A stretch of DNA of 64,000 nt from Verrucomicrobiia bacterium (lineage in GTDB: Bacteria > Verrucomicrobiota > Verrucomicrobiia > Palsa-1439), in contig JBEKLM010000008.1 of NCBI GenBank assembly GCA_050010195.1, positions 7,843-71,842 of the forward strand, written 5' to 3'. Made by a program: the position numbers and the translations under genes. Below are positions 58,414 to 64,000 of this stretch, in pieces (the first letter of the stretch is position 1; each line of letters starts with the position of its first letter). The notes under the pieces are model-generated. The model was not told where the DNA came from. It was given only the letters and a program-made list of their open reading frames with translations, and searched no databases.

Positions 58414-59399
58414 GCGTCGCGCCCAGCAATTCCGGTGTTGTCGCGCCCGGCCCGGGCGCGAATAGCCCTGGTCCTGCCGCCGGGACGGCGGCTACTACAA
58501 CGAGCAATGCGGCGGCGACGACACTGCCGCCTTCCCGCAGTGGTTTTCTCTGGCGGTTGATCAGTTCCCTCGTGCTCTGGGCGATCATGCTGGCGGTGGT
58601 CTTCTGGCTTCCGCCGACGGCGATGTACATCTTCATGAACGTGGTCATCGCCCGCGCGGTGTGGGAGTTCTACAAGATTTGCGAAGCCAAAGGGCTGCCG
58701 TCGTACAAAGTCTGGGGCGTGATCGGCACGGTGGCCATGGTGTCGGGAAGCTGGTTTGTGTTTGGCATGAGACAATTTCGGTCGACCGCCGATTTCGCGG
58801 CGTTGTCGTATGACTTCGATATCTGCATCCTCTTGGTATTTGCCCTGGGCGTGTTTATCCGCCAGTTCCCGCAAAAGTTGAACGCGCACGGCATTGAGAC
58901 GATGGCCGTGACGTTGTTCGGACTGATGTACGTGGCGTGGTTGGGCAACTTCATCACGCGCGTCAATTTCGTGACGGCGAACGGCCGGTACTGGGTCATG
59001 TTTTTGGTTGTCGTCACGAAGTTCACTGATATCGGGGCCTACCTCATCGGTTCGAGCCTTGGCCGGCACAAGATGATCCCGCGCATCAGCCCGAAGAAAA
59101 CGTGGGAGGGGACCTTTGGCGGGATGTTGTTCGCCATCGGCGGTTCGTGGTTGTGCTACGCGATTCTGCCCGAATTGTCCCACGATGGACTGACTCTTCT
59201 ACATATGGTCACGCTGGGGCTGTTGCTCGGTGGCGCGGCCGTGATCGGCGACCTGGCGGAATCACTCGTCAAACGCGAGGCAGGTGTCAAAGATTCCAGC
59301 ACGATCCTTCCCGGCCACGGCGGCTGCCTCGACATGATCGACAGCCTGCTGTTTACGGCGCCGCTGCTGTATGTGTATATGCGGCTCGTGCTGCGGTAG
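58410..59399 (+). CDS. cdsA: Phosphatidate cytidylyltransferase
   Basis: C-terminal CTP-transferase signature (…SPKKTWEGTFGG…GHGGCLD…). Confidence 0.85.
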   Translation: MSVAPSNSGVVAPGPGANSPGPAAGTAATTTSNAAATTLPPSRSGFLWRLISSLVLWAIMLAVVFWLPPTAMYIFMNVVIARAVWEFYKICEAKGLPSYKVWGVIGTVAMVSGSWFVFGMRQFRSTADFAALSYDFDICILLVFALGVFIRQFPQKLNAHGIETMAVTLFGLMYVAWLGNFITRVNFVTANGRYWVMFLVVVTKFTDIGAYLIGSSLGRHKMIPRISPKKTWEGTFGGMLFAIGGSWLCYAILPELSHDGLTLLHMVTLGLLLGGAAVIGDLAESLVKREAGVKDSSTILPGHGGCLDMIDSLLFTAPLLYVYMRLVLR

Positions 59400-59605
59400 C
59401 GGCAGCGGGGTTGGGCGTCAATAGTCAATGACTGACCCCTTGCCCAAATGTACCTTTGTTTAGATGTGACCCCAATTACCACCGCGCGTTAAAAGGCAGG
59501 GCGGACGCGGCGACAGAGCGCCGCGGCTACAACACGGCGGGAGGGGGCTGGGATGGCAGGCGGACGGTACACTTGCGCTGAGACAGCGCACGCCACACCG
59601 GCGAC

Positions 59606-59623
59606 GGGGCGGGCGGGGCGGGG
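59606..59623 (+). other. Canonical G-quadruplex motif GGGGcGGGcGGGGcGGGG in the cdsA–dxr intergenic region
   Basis: Read directly. A further G-run cluster is 60 nt upstream. Confidence 0.4.
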
Positions 59624-59801
59624 ATTCCAGAAACGACGCATGTATTGTATCGACAACCGATACAAAATGTCACGGGTAGCCGGAAGGTAACATGGGCAAA
59701 CTGGAGGTAGTATGAGTTCAAGGGTCGTGGAGATGGGGCCAATCCCGAAAGCACGAAACGCTTGTGGCGACGGGGCGGGGCAAGTATGCTGGCGTGACTT
59801 G

Positions 59802-60974
59802 ATGAAACCCAAGAACATTGTCTTGCTCGGGTGCACCGGATCCATCGGCGTGAGTACGCAGAAGGTGGCAGCGGATTTGCCGGATCAGATCCGGATTGTC
59901 GGCATGGCGTCGCGCGGGAACGTCGACGGTATGGAGGAGGCCATTCGTCAGTTCAAGCCTCTGGCTGTCGGAATGACGGACCGCGAGAAAGCGGAGGAGT
60001 TGAAGCGGCGCGTGGGTGGAAAAATCCCTGTGCACACGGGCGAACGTGGGCTGGTCGAATTGGCGACGATGCCGGAAGCCGATATTGTGCTGGTGGCAAT
60101 CGTGGGCACAGCAGGGTTGGAGCCGGCGTTGGCAGCGATTCGGGCGGGAAAGGATCTCGCAATTGCATCGAAAGAAATCCTGGTGATGGCAGGCGAACTC
60201 GTCATGAGCGAGGCCCGCAAGCACGGGGTCAAAGTATTGCCCGTGGACAGCGAGCATAGCGCTATTTTTCAATGTCTCGAAGGCCGCGACCCACACGACG
60301 TGAAGCGGTTGATTCTTACGGCGTCCGGTGGCCCTTTCCGGCAGACACCGCGCGAGAAATTTGCCGGGATCACCGTCGCGCAGGCGTTGAAGCATCCGAG
60401 TTGGAACATGGGCCAGAAGATCACCATTGACTCCGCCACGTTGTTCAACAAAGGACTCGAGATGATCGAGGCCCGGTGGCTGTTTGACATCGAAGTTGAC
60501 CGCGTGGATGTGATGGTGCATCCCCAGAGCGTGGTGCACTCCATGGTCGAATTCAGGGATGGATCGATTCTGGCGCAGTTGAGTGTACCGGACATGCGCT
60601 ACCCGATTCAGTACGCACTGACGGGGCCGCGTCGGTCACCGAACTCCATGCCGCCGACGGACCTTGCAAGGATTGGATCGCTGACCTTCGAAAACCCCGA
60701 CCGCGAGAAGTTTCCATCGTTGCGGCTGGCGCAGGAAGCGGGTCGCGCGGGCGGAACGATGCCGGCGGTGTTTAACGCGGCGAATGAAGTGGCGGTGGCG
60801 CGATTTGTGGGGGGGAAGATCGGCTTTCTGCAGGTTTTCGAGACCGTGGAAAGGGTGATGCGGGCCCACCACAAGAGTGGGGCGGCAGGAGCTTCGTGGG
60901 TTGCATCACCGACATTGGATGTTATACTAGAGGCGGACCTTTGGGCCAGGAAGGAAGCAGAGAATGTCGCTTGA
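59802..60974 (+). CDS. dxr: 1-deoxy-D-xylulose-5-phosphate reductoisomerase
   Basis: NADPH motif IVLLGCTGSIGVST and Dxr-wide conservation. Confidence 0.9.
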   Translation: MKPKNIVLLGCTGSIGVSTQKVAADLPDQIRIVGMASRGNVDGMEEAIRQFKPLAVGMTDREKAEELKRRVGGKIPVHTGERGLVELATMPEADIVLVAIVGTAGLEPALAAIRAGKDLAIASKEILVMAGELVMSEARKHGVKVLPVDSEHSAIFQCLEGRDPHDVKRLILTASGGPFRQTPREKFAGITVAQALKHPSWNMGQKITIDSATLFNKGLEMIEARWLFDIEVDRVDVMVHPQSVVHSMVEFRDGSILAQLSVPDMRYPIQYALTGPRRSPNSMPPTDLARIGSLTFENPDREKFPSLRLAQEAGRAGGTMPAVFNAANEVAVARFVGGKIGFLQVFETVERVMRAHHKSGAAGASWVASPTLDVILEADLWARKEAENVA

Positions 60975-62370
60975 TACAGTTGTGGTGTTTATTACGAACG
61001 CGGTGTATCCCGCGCTTCTCGTGCTTTTCTTCTTTGGTCTGACGATTTTCATCCACGAGTTGGGGCATTTCCTGGTTGCGAAGCGCTGTGGAATGAAAGT
61101 CGAGCGGTTTTCAGTCGGATTTGGCCCGAAGATTTGGGGCTACACGAAAGACGGGATCGACTATCGGGTTTCGTGGTTTCCGTTCGGTGGGTACGTGGCG
61201 CTTCCGCAAATGTCGCCGATGGAAACCATCGAAGGGGATACCGAGTCGAAACTGGAAGACCTCCCTTCCGTGCCACCGGGTTCCAAGTCCAAGGTGGCGA
61301 TCGCCGGTCCGTTTATGAACATCCTGCTGGCCGTGGTTCTGGCGGTGGTTTTGTGGTACGTCGGGATGCCGACCAATCTGGCCGTTGTCGGCTGGGTCGA
61401 TTCAGGTAGCCCGGAGGAACTGGCCGGTGTACGACCCGGCGACCGCATCGTGCAAGTGAACAACCAGAAGGTGAAGACGTGGAGCGATTTCATGGAAGTC
61501 GTGGCGTTCAGCCGCGAGCCGACGGTGCGCGTGACGGTCGAGCGCGACGGGCAGCAAAAGGAGTTTCTGCTGGAAACGAAGTTGAACGAGCAATTTGGCG
61601 TCAAGATGTTGGAACACCTCTGGCCGCGCGGGCATCCGTTTGCCCAGAGGGTGCTGGGTGATTCGCCCGCGGAGCGCGCCGGGCTGCGCATGGGCGATCA
61701 GTTCGTGTCGATCGAGGGAATACCCATCTACAGCTCCGATCAATTGCGGGAGTTGATCGGCAAACGGGCCGACCAATCCACGGAAATCAAGGTGCGTCGC
61801 GGTAGCGAGACGCTGCCGTTGACGGTGGTCCCCGAGTTGAGCGCCGAAGAAAAGGTCGGACGTATTGGTGTCCAGTTGGGCGATCACATGGAGATTGTCC
61901 GTCCCGGCCCGACGCCGGTCGATCAATTCACCGATATCCTTGTTTCGATGGGGCGCATGGTCAAAGGGCTGGCACATTCCAAGGAAACCGGGGTGACCGC
62001 CAAAAGCATGAGCGGGCCGGTGGGCATTCTGGCGATTTGGTGGTATGCCATCGTCAGCGGCGGGTTGCGCCAGGGGTTGCATATCGCGGTGCTGCTCAAT
62101 ATCAATCTCGCTGTCATCAATTTGTTGCCCGTACCGGTGCTGGACGGCGGACACATCCTCTTTGCCGCGCTTGAGGCCGTGCGCCGCAAACCGTTAAGCG
62201 CGCGATTGGTGCACGCAGCCTCTATGACCTTTGCGGTTCTGCTGATCACGTTCATGTTGTACGTTACGTTTTTTGACATCCAGCGGTTGACGTTTGGTCG
62301 GACCCGGATAGGACCGAAACCGGGCACGGAGGAACCTGCACCGGCTGCGGAGCCGGCCCCACACCCATGA
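60964..62370 (+). CDS. rseP: RIP site-2 metalloprotease RseP
   Basis: HELGHFLVAK HExxH motif in a TM helix, PDZ region, and the C-terminal LDGGH motif. Confidence 0.9.
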   Translation: MSLDTVVVFITNAVYPALLVLFFFGLTIFIHELGHFLVAKRCGMKVERFSVGFGPKIWGYTKDGIDYRVSWFPFGGYVALPQMSPMETIEGDTESKLEDLPSVPPGSKSKVAIAGPFMNILLAVVLAVVLWYVGMPTNLAVVGWVDSGSPEELAGVRPGDRIVQVNNQKVKTWSDFMEVVAFSREPTVRVTVERDGQQKEFLLETKLNEQFGVKMLEHLWPRGHPFAQRVLGDSPAERAGLRMGDQFVSIEGIPIYSSDQLRELIGKRADQSTEIKVRRGSETLPLTVVPELSAEEKVGRIGVQLGDHMEIVRPGPTPVDQFTDILVSMGRMVKGLAHSKETGVTAKSMSGPVGILAIWWYAIVSGGLRQGLHIAVLLNINLAVINLLPVPVLDGGHILFAALEAVRRKPLSARLVHAASMTFAVLLITFMLYVTFFDIQRLTFGRTRIGPKPGTEEPAPAAEPAPHP

Positions 62371-64000
62371 ACTACTGTAGCAACCCATTCTTCTGGCAGC
62401 GGCGCATCACGCGTGAAGTGAAGGTCGGCAGTATCGGTGTCGGCGGGGACAACCCGATCCGCGTTCAAACGATGCTGATTTCCGACACGATGAAGACGGA
62501 GGCCTGCGTGAACGAGGCCATTCCGATTATTGAAGCCGGGTGCGAGATCCTGCGGATTACGGCCCCGAGCATTAACGATTCAAAAAACCTCAAGAACATC
62601 GTCAGCGAATTGCGGAAGCGCGGGTTCAACACACCCATCGTTGCGGACATCCATTTCGTTCCCGCCGCGGCCATGGAGGCGGCGCTCTGGTGCGAGAAAA
62701 TCCGTATCAACCCGGGCAATTATGCCGACCGCAAGAAATTTGCGACCCGTGAATATTCGGACGACCAGTACGCGGAAGAACTGGAACGGCTGGAGAAAGC
62801 GTTCACGCCGCTCGTCCTCAAGTGCAAGGAACTGGGCCGCGCGATGCGTATCGGCACCAACCACGGCTCGCTGTCCGACCGGATCATGAACCGCTACGGC
62901 GATACGCCGTTGGGCATGGTCGAGAGCGCGCTGGAATTCGTCCGCGTTTGTCGCAAACACAATTACCACGAGATCATCCTCTCGATGAAAGCCAGTAACC
63001 CCAAGGTGATGATCGAGGCGTACCGTCTGCTGGTGGCGCGGATGGACCAGGAAGGCCCGGATTGGAATTACCCGCTTCATCTGGGCGTCACCGAAGCCGG
63101 GGAAGGGGAGGACGGTCGCATCAAATCGGCCATTGGCATCGGCGCGCTTCTGGAAGATGGCATCGGGGACACCGTGCGCGTATCGCTCACCGAAGACAGT
63201 GTCCATGAAATCCCTGTCTGTCAGGAACTCGTCAAGAAGTACAATGCGCTATGGGAGCTACAACGGAGGGGCCAGTTGCCCGCGCGTCCGGCCATCCATG
63301 TCGTCGAGAAGCGCGATCCGTTCGTGTATACGCGCCGTCCCACAGCCGAGTATTTTGTCGGCGAATTGCGGTTGCGCATGGGCAAGGACCATCCGCAGCG
63401 TGTCGAGTTACCCGTGCCGCTGACCGCGCGCATTGGGGACATCCAACGGATCACGACCGCCGAGCCGGACACATTCGCCGAGATTCTCCAATTTCATGTC
63501 AAGACGATGGCCGATATCGGTAAGGTTGCGGCCCTAAAGCCCGAGTTGCGGAAGCGGTACATCCACGCACCCATAGCGGCGAAACTGGATACTGCGGAGG
63601 TGACATTACCCGTGACGGACGTTGCGGAGAAAATCAACGTTCCGTACAACGGCAAAGAAGATGTGACCGCGTTGCTGACAGACGCTGCCGGCCTTACGGT
63701 GCAATTTGATGTGGCCGGCGATTCGCCCGAGCAATTTGTCAACCATTGCGCCACGCTGGCCGGCGTACTGAATCTTTTCCCGAAAAACCAGGTTGTTCTC
63801 GCGGTCGGTCACGCGGAGGGACTCGATGTGATTGCGGCGTACCGGATTCTGGCGGCAACTCTCGATCGACGCGGGTTGAACCTGCCGATTCTAATCCGTG
63901 ACCGGGTTGGTTCGCAACGTGGGCACCATGCGCAAGAAAACGCGCTGATCGCAGCGAGCACGCACATCGGCGCGTTGATTTGCGACGGCATCGGGGATGC
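62367..64000 (+). CDS. ispG: HMBPP synthase IspG/GcpE, long form with a central insertion. It is 3'-truncated by the window edge
   Basis: The ATG overlaps the rseP stop (ATGA). N-terminal TIM-barrel motifs (…IRVQTMLISDT…GCEILRIT…). A ~250-aa insert precedes the Fe-S region and it runs off the window. Confidence 0.85.
   Translation, partial: MNYCSNPFFWQRRITREVKVGSIGVGGDNPIRVQTMLISDTMKTEACVNEAIPIIEAGCEILRITAPSINDSKNLKNIVSELRKRGFNTPIVADIHFVPAAAMEAALWCEKIRINPGNYADRKKFATREYSDDQYAEELERLEKAFTPLVLKCKELGRAMRIGTNHGSLSDRIMNRYGDTPLGMVESALEFVRVCRKHNYHEIILSMKASNPKVMIEAYRLLVARMDQEGPDWNYPLHLGVTEAGEGEDGRIKSAIGIGALLEDGIGDTVRVSLTEDSVHEIPVCQELVKKYNALWELQRRGQLPARPAIHVVEKRDPFVYTRRPTAEYFVGELRLRMGKDHPQRVELPVPLTARIGDIQRITTAEPDTFAEILQFHVKTMADIGKVAALKPELRKRYIHAPIAAKLDTAEVTLPVTDVAEKINVPYNGKEDVTALLTDAAGLTVQFDVAGDSPEQFVNHCATLAGVLNLFPKNQVVLAVGHAEGLDVIAAYRILAATLDRRGLNLPILIRDRVGSQRGHHAQENALIAASTHIGALICDGIGD

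Overview
This is a high-GC (about 60-65%) Gram-negative chromosomal segment. The lineage signals are exosortase substrates (two PEP-CTERM proteins), secreted HEAT-repeat proteins, BtpA and long-form IspG, and they fit a PVC-group or Acidobacteria-like soil bacterium; the taxon cannot be fixed from sequence alone. Most of the window is housekeeping: phoH-ybeY, recO, lpxA, a CysO-dependent cysteine pathway (cysM-mec-cysO::moeZ) followed by sseA and tRNA-Ala(CGC), the leuA-ilvC-ilvC'-ilvH branched-chain cluster, a DEAD-box helicase, dus, gltA, purA, and uppS-cdsA-dxr-rseP-ispG. The accessory or unusual content is:
- a low-GC restriction-modification island (vsr plus an m5C methyltransferase fused to a ~350-aa endonuclease-like domain), flanked by an SRAP gene stub and GC-rich degenerate repeats;
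- two large secreted EEP-PKD proteins that share a near-identical uncharacterised C-terminal domain;
- a MotA/ExbB-like protein with a long coiled-coil tail followed by ExbD-like, membrane and HEAT-repeat genes;
- a ~750-bp nucleotidyltransferase/small-protein (TA-like) cassette inserted at the leuA 3' end with duplication of the leuA terminus;
- tandem KARI paralogs;
- a compound palindromic element inside the cys operon;
- tandem paralogous secreted Cys-tailed proteins;
- a ~2.1-kb low-GC island with two convergent Cys-rich zinc-ribbon genes (one with an HEPN-like Rx4HG motif) between an orphan ABC ATPase and purA.
No CRISPR array, rRNA or transposase was seen.
Alternative starts were computed by codon arithmetic from the ORF-track boundaries, and regulatory-site coordinates are approximate (±3 nt).
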